Assembly: GCA_004431415.1 (NCBI GenBank)
Contig: QPMI01000609.1
Coordinates: 62,001 to 126,000 of the forward strand
DNA from: Cyanophora paradoxa CCMP329
Taxonomy: Eukaryota; Plantae; Glaucophyta
Direction of reading: 5' to 3'
Length of the DNA: 64,000 nt
Part shown: piece after piece, positions 11,754 through 23,050 of the stretch
Position numbering within the stretch: position 1 is the stretch's first letter
How the letters are laid out: each line of letters starts with the position of its first letter
Made by a program: the position numbers and the translations under genes
The notes under the pieces: generated by a model
What the model was told of the DNA's origin: nothing
The model's input: only the letters and a program-made list of their open reading frames with translations
Databases searched by the model: none

Positions 11754-13059
11754 CTAGCGGAGGGCGGCGAAGAGGCGGTCGTGGGCCTCGCGGGGCCCGA
11801 GGCCGGCGACGCGGAGCGTCTTCTTCGCCGACTTGCTGCCGCCCTCGAGCGTGACGGCCCCGGGCCCGACCCCCAGCACGAAGGCCAGGAAGGAGAGCAC
11901 CTCCTCGTTCACCCGCGCCCCCTGCGACGACCTGCCCGGCAGCCGTCAGGCAAGAGGCTCGGGCGGGGGCGCGGGGGCGGACCCCGTGGCGAGGATGGTG
12001 ACGGCCGTGTCGTTGATGGCGACCAGCTGCGTCCGCGGCGCCTCCGGCGTCACCTCCACGAACTGCGCGCGCGGCGGGCGGGGTGGCTCGGAGGGGGTAC
12101 GCGTGTGGAGCCTCGGGGTGGCGGGCCCTCTCTCGCGCGCACCAGCCTGCACGCCGGCCCCGCCTTGCTGCTGCCGCCCGCTGCCCCCTCCTCGGACTCC
12201 TTCTCCTTGTCCTTGTCTATGCACGCCGGCACGTCGCCCTGCGCGCCGCGTCGTACCCCGGCGGGGCGGGGCGGGGCGGGGCGGGGGGTACGCCGCACGT
12301 GGTGCTGCTTGACCTTCAGGAAGGCGCTCGGGTTGTTCGTGAGGGCCGACTCGCACACGTACACGTACTGGCGTACCCCCGGTAAGATGGGGGCGGGGGA
12401 GGAAGGGCGAGCAGAGCGCACTTTGGGGCTGCTCTCGAAGTCGCTGTTCTGGTACGCGATGACGAGGTCGCAGGAGGAGCACTGGAAGCGGTACTGCTTC
12501 TCGACGCCCGCGTCCCGCTTGACGGCCACCACCTTGCCCTTCTCCAGCGAGAGGCGGCACCCGTGCGCCTGCACCTCCACCACGTAGCTCCCGTCCGTCC
12601 GCCGCCGCGGCAGCTTGTGGATCTGCGTCGCTGCGCGCACCGCTCGCGTCCCGCGGACGGCACGCGCAGGCGAAGGGGCGCTTCGCACCGAGGACGAGCG
12701 CGTAGGTCCCGCAGGCCCTGCGCGGCGCGGATCAAGCCGGAGGGAGGCGGGAGCGCGGGACGCCCAGCGGGGCGCGTAGCTAACTGCGAAGAGCTCGAAC
12801 CTGCAGTAGTACACCTGGCAGAAAGCATGGGAGGGTTACGCCGGCGGTGTGTGGGGCGGGGCCGGCGGGGCCTTCGCGCACCTCGAGGCCGAGCTCGTCG
12901 TGCTCTTTGGACTGCAGCGTCGTCGTCGTCCTCTTTTTCGCATCTTCGAGCGCCGCCAGGCGCTTCTCCTCCTCGTAGTCGCCTGGATGTACGCGAAGCG
13001 CGGTCAATGTGCGGCGGCCGGGGAGCGCGAGGGCGGATCGACGCACGGTTCTCGGACAT
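11754..13059 (-). CDS. STEEP1/UPF0428 (CXorf56-like) domain fused to a C-terminal DUF167/YggU-like (UPF0235) domain
   Basis: VYYC..., TQIHKLPRRRTDGSYVV, KRDAGVEKQYRFQCSSCDLVIAYQ and YVYVCESAL (STEEP1 family). Then FVEVTPEAPRTQLV... and VLSFLAFVLGV..GAVTLEGGSKSAKKTLRV (DUF167-like). The same fusion is known in plants. Multiple GT-AG introns. Confidence 0.8.
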
Positions 13060-13373
13060 GGCGCCTCAAGCTGACGTCGCACTGGCTAATGCGCGTTCAG
13101 CTGGGCGAGGTGCTTCGCGCTCTCGCGCTGCGATCTCTTCCGACACCCGCCCGGGATTGGAGTGCTTTTCGCGGCTGCTTCTCCACGTGCTAGACTGCTA
13201 GACTGCTCTGGAGAGCTGCGATGTCGTTGGGTGGCCGGTCTGGAACTGTACCCGGCAAGACAGCCCATCTTCACCAGCTGGCGATCTCTTGGGACCGAGA
13301 ACGATCCAACGGAGCCATTTAGCTTGAACAGAAAGCGCTGCCTGCTTAGGGACACGAGCCGCGCCCTGCCATA

Positions 13374-14604
13374 ATGTCCACTCCGGCCGCTGCGTACGCC
13401 ACCCCGCTTCACAGCTTATACGACGCGGGTACAGCTTCTGAGCGGCGATGCGAGCGACCGCCCAGGTCGGCAGCGCTAGCGACGCTCGCTAGCGAGCGCT
13501 AGCGGCCGCCCCTCGGGCATGAGATTGGAGCTCGGGCGCTGCGCCCCGCGCGCACATTCGTCTCGGAGCGCCCAGAGCCGCTCCCAGTTCGCGCCTCCTT
13601 CGACGCGGACGCAATTGCGGCCCGCGTCCAGTCCGGGTCGGTCTGCATCCGTCGGCGGGCCTTCCCGGAGCAGCGAGCGGCCGCGGAGGCGTTCCGCGAG
13701 GCCGTGCAGGCGGCCGTCGAGGCCGGACAGACCGCCCGGTGCGCCCCCTAACTTCGCAATCCGCGCCGCGCCCATCTGACGCGCCGGCAGCGGCTTCGCG
13801 GTGCTGGGCCTGAGCGACGACGAGGCGCTCGCCTCGCTTCTCCCGCGGGATCCGGCGGCGCTGGAGGCGCTCCTGGGCGACTCCGTCCTCTTCTTCGCCG
13901 ACTTCGGCGCGGGGGCGGGCCCCGTGCGGGCGGCCCTCGCGCCCCTCTCCCTCCCGGAGGACGCCCTGCTCCCGCCCCCGGACTCGCTCGCCGAGGGGGA
14001 CCTCGGGGGGTACGAGGAGCGCATCGCCGCCGCCCTCGGCACCCAGGCGCGCTCGCCAGCTTAGCCTTTGAATGCCTTGGACCGGGACGGCGCTGAGCTG
14101 ACGGCGCCGGCGGCCTCGCAGGTGGAGCGGAGCTGCGACGGGCTCACGGTGCGGCCCGACCTTGTCATACTCCCCGCCCGGCCCGGCGGCGCCCTCGGTG
14201 CCCTCCCTTCCCCTGTACCCCGCGAGGTGAGCTGTAGCCCGCCCCGCCCCGCGCCGGCCCCTTCCGCTGCTCACGTACTCCCCGTCCCTCTCTTAGGCGC
14301 TGGACGAGTTGCGGTTCGTGTTCCGGGCGGGAGAGCGCGCGGGGGCCGCCCTTCGCCTCCTGGACCTCTGCCAGCGCGCCCTCCTCCTCTGCCCCGGTCC
14401 GCTCCTCTTCAAGCTCGCAATTCGATGCAATTTGATCCGCGGCGTGCAGGGGCAGAGGCGGCGGGGCTCGTAGGCCAGGCCGCGGCTAGGCTGGAGGCGG
14501 GCGGCGAGTACGATCTGCTCGCGGAGGGCGGCGGCGCGGCCGTCGCCGCCGCCTGCGCCGCCGTCGGCGAGGCGGCGAGCATCGAGTGGCCCACTCGGGA
14601 GTGA
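13374..14604 (+). CDS. Hypothetical multi-exon protein; start uncertain
   Basis: Coding-like exons 13790-14046 and 14122 onward, joined in frame by GC-AG intron 14047-14121. Last exon ends EWPTRE-TGA at 14604. Confidence 0.5.
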
Positions 14605-14995
14605 GGTGGACGTCCCCTCCTTCTCTTAGGACCCCAGCTAGCTAGCAAGTCAGATACGTATACGCGATAATAGATTCGGATTCAGGCGGAGGGGGCCGAG
14701 CTCGAGCGCTACTCGGGCGGCTGCGGAGTACTAGAGCGCGGCCCGGGCCCGTCGGCGGGCGCCTGTGCCCGCGCAGTGAGCGTCGGCGACGCAGGAGTGA
14801 TCATGAGGTGGACGTCCCCTCCTTCTCTTAGGACCCCAGCTAGCAAGTGAGATACGCGATACGCGATAAAAGATTCAGATTCAAACGGAGGGGGCCGAGC
14901 TCGAGCGCTATTCGGGCGGCTGCGGGGTACTGGAGCGCGGCCCGGGCCCGTCGGCGGGCGCCTGCGACTGCACAGTAAGCGTCGACGACGTAGAC
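14602..14995. repeat. ~200-bp tandem duplication containing the p44 last exon and 3' end
   Basis: TGAGGTGGACGTCCCCTCCTTCTCTTAGGACCCCAGC... occurs at 14602 and 14804. The two exon copies are offset by 199 bp. Confidence 0.9.
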
Positions 14996-17012
14996 TTGGA
15001 AAGGGCGGGGGCGTGGGCGGGGCGGACCTGCTGGGAGCGGCGGGAGGGCGGCAGGCACTCGCAGCCCGGGCAGTTGTTGAGGCTGTCGTGGATGAAGGCG
15101 TCGCAGTCGATGCAGAAGACCTGAGGGGGTGCAGCGAGCGCGTAAGGAACAGAAGTGCGCCGGGTAGGGGCGGGGGCGGGGATGCCTCGGAGCAGGAGGG
15201 GCACTGGAGACGGATCGAGCGGCCCTCCTCGAGTGGCTTGCAGCACCCGAAGCACGCCCCCGCCGCCCTGCGCGCCGCCCGTCGTTTCTCTTTGGGTGGG
15301 AGGGAGGGAGGGGAAGAGGAGGGGGGGGGTACCGCGCTGGGTCGGCGGGGAGCTCGACGAACGTGGGGATGGGGAAGAGGTGGTGGTAGGAGCGGGCGAG
15401 GTGAGGCGAGGAGACCTGCCAGGAGAAAGATAAGAGAAGGCGGGATAAGCTGACGGGGACCCGCGGCGGCGCACGAGGGTGAGGCGGCAGATGGGACAGT
15501 CGGTGGGGAGCTCGCAGAGGCGCGCCCGGCACCGCGGGCACTGGTACGAGCTCACCTGGAACGCCCCGTGGCTGCCGCTCTGCCTCAGACGAGGGCGAGA
15601 GAGGGGGAGGGATGGAGTTGCGCGGGGGTACCAGGCGCAGAGGGCGGGGGCGTCGTCGACGTGGCGCTGGGGGAAGCCCATGCGGATGAGGGAGGCTTCG
15701 GGCTGCGACGCGACGAGGCGGGGGGGCGGTTGGAACCCGGGAGGAGGGAGGGAGGGAGCGGGCCCGGGGCGGGGCGGAGGCCCCGCATCCCGTCCCACCC
15801 TGCCCCTACCTTGACGGCGGCGGTGGTGACGGGGGGCGATGCGTGCTGGAAGACCAGCTCCCGCAGGTGCTCCGACGAGAGCGCCACCCCGAAGCTCCCT
15901 GCCCGCCGGTGAGTGGAGGGCCGGGCGCCGGCGGGCGGGCGGGCGCCGCGGGCGGGCGGGCGGGCGAGCGGGCGGCCGGCGTTCTAAGCGCGTAATTCGG
16001 AAGAGAGGGCGCCGGTGAGAGGAGGGCGGGGGGTAAGGCTTCCGCAGTCCACGAGCGTCTCTAGGAGCGGTGTCTGAGGGGGGCTGGGGCGCGCGCGCGC
16101 ACCGGCGGTCTTCTCTGTGAGGTAGCGGCAGATGCGGAGCTCGGCGGAGAGCAGAACGACGGAGCAGCGCACGTTCTCCTTCCGCGCCGCCTCCACCGAG
16201 ACGTAGATGTCGCCCTGCCGCCCCGCCGGCTCGCGCGGAGCGGGCGCGCCGCGCCGCGCAGCTTGACGGCTTCGCACCGGATCGCAGGTGCTCATGGCGC
16301 TGAAGAGGACCAGGACCTCGCGGTTCCCGTACGTCGGGATGGAGCTGCGGGGGGCTCGGGCGTCAGCGGGGGGCGAGCGAGCGCGCCGCGGGGCGTTGCC
16401 GCACGGACCTGAGGCCCGATCGCGCGAGGTCGAGCGCGTTCTGCAACGACGCGTCGCCAGAGGGGACGGGCTTCTCCTTCAGCACGGCCAGGTGCTGCCT
16501 GGGGTTGCCTACCCGCCCCCGCCCCGCCCCTGTCGGACGCCGACGGGCCCAGCGCGGCGGGAGCCGCGCACCGCTCAGCTCGACGAGCTTCTCGGCCTTG
16601 CCGTCGCGCGTGACGATGATGCCGAGCTGCGAGATGGGGTTCTGGTCGAAGAACTCGCGCACGAAAGCCTGCAGGATCGCGTAGAGCAGCGCCGCCCGCG
16701 ACGGCTTCAAGTCCGTCTCGCGCGCCGCGCGGCTCAGGTCCACGATGATGTACAGGAAGCGGATCATCCCGCGCCGCACCGACCGCACCTCCTCCGCGAG
16801 CCTGCCCAGCGCTCAGCGGCGCCGAGCGCTCCTCTTTGGCACGCCGCGCACTTCCGCTTCTTCGCGCGTTGCTCGTCTACCTCCAGCGACTTCAGCTGCC
16901 CGCTCTCGTCCTCCTCCAGCACGTCCCACGTCCGCTCATACGCCTGCTCCCAGCGCTTCATCGCCGGCGCGTCCCGCTCCTCGCCGATGTCCATCGCGTC
17001 TGGTTCCGCCAT
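14908..17012 (-). CDS. GTF2H2: TFIIH subunit p44 (Ssl1)
   Basis: [118 protein letters not shown]. Canonical short introns. Confidence 0.95.
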
Positions 17013-17203
17013 CGCCCCCGGCACGCGGCGGCTGCTGTGGTCGGCGGTGCGGCTGCTGCGGTCGGCGTGCGATCCAGACCGCTGGGCGCGTGCGTGATCG
17101 GTATCGCTCCGCTTCTGAGGGGCTAAGGCGCCAGGCAGCTGGAGGGAAGGCGCTCCGAAAGACTGCGGCGAAAGTCGATGGGGGGATACAGCGCCAGCTC
17201 GGG
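17013..17203. promoter_or_regulatory. Probable bidirectional promoter/5'UTR region
   Basis: 191 bp between divergent ATGs at 17012(-) and 17204(+). Confidence 0.5.
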
Positions 17204-18911
17204 ATGGCGGTCTACGCGTCCGGGGACGCCCTCAGCATCGTGCAAAGCTGGCTGAAGGATGTATCCAGCAAGGATGCAAAACCGGCTGCCTCCTCAGGCA
17301 CGGCGCCCGCGAAGAAGCCCACAGCAGCAGCAGCAGTCGACTTCGGCGTGAAAGCCGAGCCCCGCCCAGCTCGGTGCGCGTGATCTAGCGAATCGGCGAT
17401 CTCGCCGGCCCTCCCGCCCGCGCACCGCCGGCCATGCGCTCGCTTGGCAGACGGCGATCGCTGGCCCCGATCTCTAGCTGCGGGGACTCCGGCCGCTCGC
17501 GCCTTCGCGGAGCACCTCTTTCACAGCATCTGAACCCAATGCGTGCAGGTTGGGTCTCGGGGCAAAGTTCGTGCCACACAAAGCGGTCGCTGGCGGGTCG
17601 ACGCCGGCCGATCGCGGGCTGCGCCAGCAGCTGGACCGCGGCAAGGCCAAGAAGATTGAGGATGCGACAGAAACAGGGCAGAACTCCCGTACGTCTTGCT
17701 CGCGCGGCCGCGCGTAGAGGCACTGACTCCGCGCGGCCGCCGTCAGAACGGCCTGGAAGCGCGCCCGGCGCGGGCGCCTCGAAGGCAGGCCCCGCGGGTA
17801 CAAAGCAGCACGGGAAAGGCGGCGGCAAGCAGACGGCGGCGGCGGCGGCGAAGGACGACGGGGAGGACGAGGAGAGCAGGGCGAAGGCGTTCGGGGCGAA
17901 GGCGAAGCGGGTCGTGACGGACCTGAGCGAGATCATTGCCGGCCAGCCGCAGCGCAAGAAGCGGCGGCGGCGCAAGGGCGGCGCCGGGGCGCCGGGGGAG
18001 GCCGGGGATGAGGAGGCCGAGGAGGAGGGGGCGGCTCCAGCCCCCGCCCCCGCCCCCGCGCCAGCGCCGGCGCCGCCGGGCGGAAAGGCGAAGAAGCCGA
18101 AGAAGGGCGGGTCGCTGGAGGAGCAGGCGGCGGCGGCGTGGGGCGGCGGCAGCGACGACGAGTGGGTCGGCCCCGCGGGGGGCGACGGGGCCGACCCGGA
18201 GGCCCCGGGGGCCGCGGGGGGGCGGCCCGCGAAGGCGCCCAAGACCGGGGCGGCGGCCAAGACCGGGGCTCCAGCCGCGAAGAAGCGGCCGCATCCGGCG
18301 GCAGACGAGGCGGCGGAGGAGGTGGAGGAGGCGGCGGGGGGCGCCGACGCGGGCGGGGAGGAGGGCGACGGGGCGGCGAGGCCGCCGCCGGTGACCATGA
18401 GCGTCCGGGTGCGCCTCGCAGCGCCGGGCGGGGCGGAGCGGGGCGGGGGGCGGGCCCTGAAGGGGGGTACGCAGACGTGGAAGGTGACCAAGTCGGGCAA
18501 GACGAAGACGCGCTCCCGGGTGCGTGTACCCCCCCCTCCCTCCCCCACTTTCCATGCCCCTGACCCCCTTGCGTCTGCGTGCAGGCGAAGAACCGGAGGA
18601 GGGACAACCGTCCCGAGCACCTGAAGCCGCAATCGGCGCCGGCGCCGGCGCCGGCGGCGGAGGCGGCGGCGGAAGCGGAGGCAGCGGCGGACGGGGCGGG
18701 GGAGCCCAAGAAGAAGAACAAGAAGAAGAAGAAGCCGGTGATCACGGGGGTCAACGCCGTCCCCCTCGCCCGGCCGCCCGCGGCGGGGGCGGAGGGGGCG
18801 GGCGCCGGGGGCGAGGAGGAGGGGGCGGGGGGCGAGAAGAAGAAGCGCCGCAAGAAGCACAAGAAGAAGAAGGCGGAAGGGGAGGGCCCCGCCGCGGGCG
18901 ATTCCCCGTGA
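17204..18911 (+). CDS. Lys-rich, probably nucleolar, DUF3245-like protein
   Basis: Spliced RPAR|LGLGAKF and DDGEDEESRAKAFG motifs; KTKTRSR|AKNRRRDNRPEHLKP; poly-K tracts; TGA at 18909-18911. Confidence 0.6.
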
Positions 18912-19466
18912 CGGAGCTTGGACCCTACCATAGCTATATAGCTAGCTATATAGAGGCTGGGTCCAGAGTCGGCTTAAGTCACTTCACTGAGTGAGCTTCA
19001 AGGAGCGCAGTGCACGTGTGTATGCAACGTTTACCCGGCTTGACCGTTTACCTGAAGTCATGACGCCATCTGGAGCCGCGAGCTGGCAATCGCCGGCACT
19101 GTTAGCTAATCATGATCAAATGCATCAATTGCAAATTCTGGTACTCTGTATTCTGGTACGTATACTGCAGCTGGTTTAAAGCCTGGTTGTGTAAAGGAGA
19201 GGCGAATTAAATCGAATCGAATACAAGGTTGAAATGGAGCGAGGGTTCTGTTCATTTTGCGAGAAGCGCTGTACAGGAAATGCGATGTGAGAAGTTGAAA
19301 TAGGCTCTACGTATATACAGGGGACTTGAAAGATATCACAGGAATCACAATCATTGAAAAGGGCGAGAATTCTGTCGAAAACAAAAGAGACAATAGGAAA
19401 GTTCAGAACGAAGCGAAAGCATCTATGGGCAGAAAAGGGGGACGCAGCCGTTCAGGGCACAGCCAG

Positions 19467-21267
19467 CTAGTCGAAAACGGGGGAGACGCCGGTGAGGGCG
19501 CGGCGGCAGGAGGGGCAGAGGCCGCGCCCCGCGAGGAGGGGCGGTGCGCAGGCGGCACAAACGACGTGGCCGCACGGCTGCAGAGCCCGCCGCGCCTCAC
19601 GGGGCTGCAGCTCCAGGCAGATCCCGCACTCGAAGGTCGTCCGCAGAATCTCCTTCGCGAGCCGTGCGAGGGCCCGCAGCTGCTCGCCAGAGAGAGAACG
19701 GAGGTGCTCTTCGCCCAGGAGCCCCGGCGCCGCCCGAAGCTGCTCGAGCCGCCGCTGCGCCTCCGCAGCGCGCTGCTCAGAGGCCGCTAGCCGCTCCTCG
19801 AGCTCCTCGGAGGCCGCTTCCTCCTCATCAAGCTGCCGCTGTGTGTGCGCCCTGCGCTCCTCCGAGTTTGCTAGCTGCGCTTGAAGCTGCTCGAGCCGCC
19901 GCGTTGCGTCCGCCCCGCGCTGCTCGGAGGCTGCGAGCTGCGCCTGCAGCCGAACACGCTGTCGCTGCGCCTCCGCCCCGCGCTGCTCGGCGGCTGCTAG
20001 CTGGGCTTGAAGCTGGTCGAGCTGCCGCTTCAAAGTTGTCGCGCGCTGCTCAGAGTCTGCTCCCTGCACGTGCAGGTGTTCGATCTGCCGCTGCACCTCC
20101 GCCACGCGCTGCTCGGAGGCTGCGAGCTGCGCCCCCAGCTCATCGCGCTGCCGCTGCGCCTCCGCCGCACGCTGCTCCAAGGCTGCGAGCTGCGCCCCCA
20201 GCTCATCGCTCTGCCGCTGCGCATCCGCTCTGCGCTGCCCCTCACGCTGCTCATGTGCAGCCACTGGCGCATTGAGCTCCGCCTGCCCTGGCTGATCCAC
20301 GGCCGCCCCACTGCGAAAAGCGTCAGGGAAGAGGTCTGGGAAAGCGGAAGCGAACGTGGTACCCCGGCAAGGCCGAGGGTCCACCGACGTCGACGGCGGG
20401 AGGCTGAGGGCCCTGTCTGTGAGCCTGGGCCTGGCACCTCCTGCCGTCAAAGACGGACGGATGGGTGTAGGGCGGGGCGGAGGCGCATTATGCACCGAAG
20501 CGGATTCCCCGGAGGCGGCTTGGGACGTCGAGGTCGAGAGGGCGCGAGAGGAGAAGTGGGCAACGACGGCCTTGCATTGAACTTCTGGTCTCACGTTCTT
20601 ATCGTTGTTGATGACGGCGCGGCGGACTGGCTCCGGCCACAAGTCCACAACAGGGTTTCCGTTCACAAGCAGCCATCGCAGATTCGCCAGTTGCCAGACC
20701 TCCGGCGGCAGCGCTGACAGCCGGTTGGCGCTCACGTCCAGCGTGCCCAGGTTCGTCAGCTGTGTGATCTCCGGCGCCAGCGCCGTGAGCTGATTGTTGG
20801 ACACTATGAGAAAAACAAGCTTTGCCAGCTGCCCGATCTCCGGCGGCAACGCTGTCAGCTGGTTTTTAGACGCTGATAGGTATTCCAGGTTCCCCAGCAG
20901 TCCGATCTCTGGCGGCAGCGTCGTCAGCTGGTTGCCGTGCATCTGCTGCCCGAGGTAGCAGGACAGCTTATCGTAGGTAGGACAGCTGCCCGAGCTCCCG
21001 AGGCAGAGCCGACACTCGGTTTTGGCCGATGTCTAGCTTTTCCAGGTTCGCCAGTTGCCCGATCTCTTGCGGGAGAGCCGCCAGCTGGTTTTCGTCCACG
21101 TAAAGCTCCCGCAGGTTCGCGAGCTGCCCGATCTCCGGCGGCAGAGCTGTAATCTTGTTCCCGGACAGCCTCAGAACGCTGACTTTGGCGAACCCCGCCC
21201 GCGCGATCTCGTTCGTTGGCCATTCCGTGAGACCGCAGAATTCCAGCTGCACCTCGGCCGTCGCCAT
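19467..21267 (-). pseudogene. LRR-coiled coil-RING (C3HC4-like) E3 ligase, interrupted once within the LRRs
   Basis: About 8 LRRs (N.L.ALPPEIGQL.NL..L), repeated LAASEQR coiled coil and a terminal RING. TAA plus frameshift at ~20945-20970, with no plausible in-frame intron. Confidence 0.75.
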
Positions 21268-22249
21268 CGCTGCATGTTGTAAGACACAGAAGCACAAGAA
21301 TATACTTCAGACGCGAGACGCACTGAATCCTCAAGGCCAGAGAGCACCAAACATGCGAAATGCGCAAGGACGCGCCGAGATGCCTGGAATCGCCGAATGA
21401 GTAGCGCAGAGCTCAGAAGCGCATCATCACAGAATCGGAATCCAACGTCAACGCACTTGGAATGCTGAAAGCTAGGAATGCGCGTCGGCGCGCGGACAGG
21501 CCTTGCACGAGGACAAGCTGCTCGCTGCAAGCTCGGAGACTAGCGTGCTCGATCACGCGCTGGTGGCCCCTGACGCCTAGGGATTTGCGGAGGCGCGGCT
21601 AGCGGGTTCAAATGTTTTGCTGGCCGGGTACGTGAAACAAGCTCTGCAAGCGGTCGCGGTCGGTGAAAGGCTACGGTTCTACAGCTACCGCGTTAGGCTG
21701 GCGGTTCGATGCGAGAGACTGGCGGTGCGCAGAGCCACCGGGCGACGGCAGCCGCCATGCCCGACCCGCCTGCCCGTTGTTCTTCTGCCCGACATGCTTC
21801 TCGTGCGCTGTTCTTCTGCCCGACCCGCCTGCCCGTTGCGAGAGACGATGACGGGCGGATCGCAGAGATGCCCGTGTCGGCCCAACGCAACAATGCCGCG
21901 GCCGCGGCCGCAGCTGCGATCCGGGACGAAGTCCGCCGGCGCGCTGTCGTGACCCTGAGGCGGCCGGCGGCTGGCGGGCGGCTCCTCTTCCATCTGAACC
22001 CGCGGCGCGTCGTGCTGCTCCACCGCGCTTGTTTCCTCTCCCTCTCCGCGCTGCTCTACCTGGGCTCGGCGCTTGCTGCCGCGGCGAGGCGAGGAGTCCC
22101 AGGGCGGCGGGGGCGGGGCGCTCGGCGGGCGTGCAGGTCGGCAGGTGCGCCTGCCGGGGGCCAGCACGGCAGGTGCGCCTGCGCCCGTCCCCGGCTCTCG
22201 TCCGGCGTAGGCGTAGCGCGGTACTAGCGCCGCTCTCGTCCGGCGTAGG

Positions 22250-23050
22250 CGTCATCGCGTACCAGAACAGCGACTTCGAGAGCAGCCCCAAGGTGCACTC
22301 TGCTCGCTCTTCCTCCCCCGTCCCGTCCTCACGGGGGTACGCCAGTACGTGTACATGTGCGAGTCGGTCCTCACGAACAACCCGAGCGCCTTCCTGAAGG
22401 TCAAGCAGAACCACGTGCGGCGACCCACCCCCCGCCCCGCCCCGCCCCGCCCCGCCCTGCCCCGCCCGGGTACGACACGGCGCGCAGGGCGACGTGCCGG
22501 TGTGCATAGACAAGGAGAAGGAGAAGGAGGCCGAGGAGGGGGCAGCGGGCGGCAGCAGCAAGGCGGGGCCGGCGTGCAGGCTGGTGCGCGCGAGAGGGGG
22601 CCCGCCGCTCCGAGGCGCCACCCGGCGCCCCTCGGAGCCGCCGGCCCGCCGCGCGCGCAGTTCGTGGAGGTGACGCCGGAGGCGCCGCGGACGCAGCTGG
22701 TCGCCATCAACGACACGGCCGTCACCATCCTCGCCACGGGGTCCGCCCCCACGCCCCCGCCCGAGCCTCTTGCCTGACGGCTGCCGGGCAGGTCGTCGCA
22801 GGGGGCGCGGGTGAACGAGGAGGTGCTCTCCTTCCTGGCCTTCGTGCTGGGGGTCGGGCCCGGCGCCGTCACGCTCGAGGGGGGCAGCAAGTCGGCGAAG
22901 AAGACGCTCCGCGTCGCCGGCCTCGGGCCCCGCGAGGCCCACGACCGCCTCTTCGCCGCCCTCCGCTAGCCCTCCGCCCGTCCGGGGATTCCGGCCTGCG
23001 GCAAGCCCTTGCAATTGCCTAGCCCTTCAAGGCTTGGCTGTGTCATTGGC
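22250..23050 (+). pseudogene. Inverted, 5'-truncated, intron-retaining duplicate of the STEEP1-DUF167 gene
   Basis: Near-identical to the reverse complement of ~11690-12463 (VIAYQNSDFESSPK to stop at 22967-22969, plus 3'UTR). The 5' exons are absent. Confidence 0.85.
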
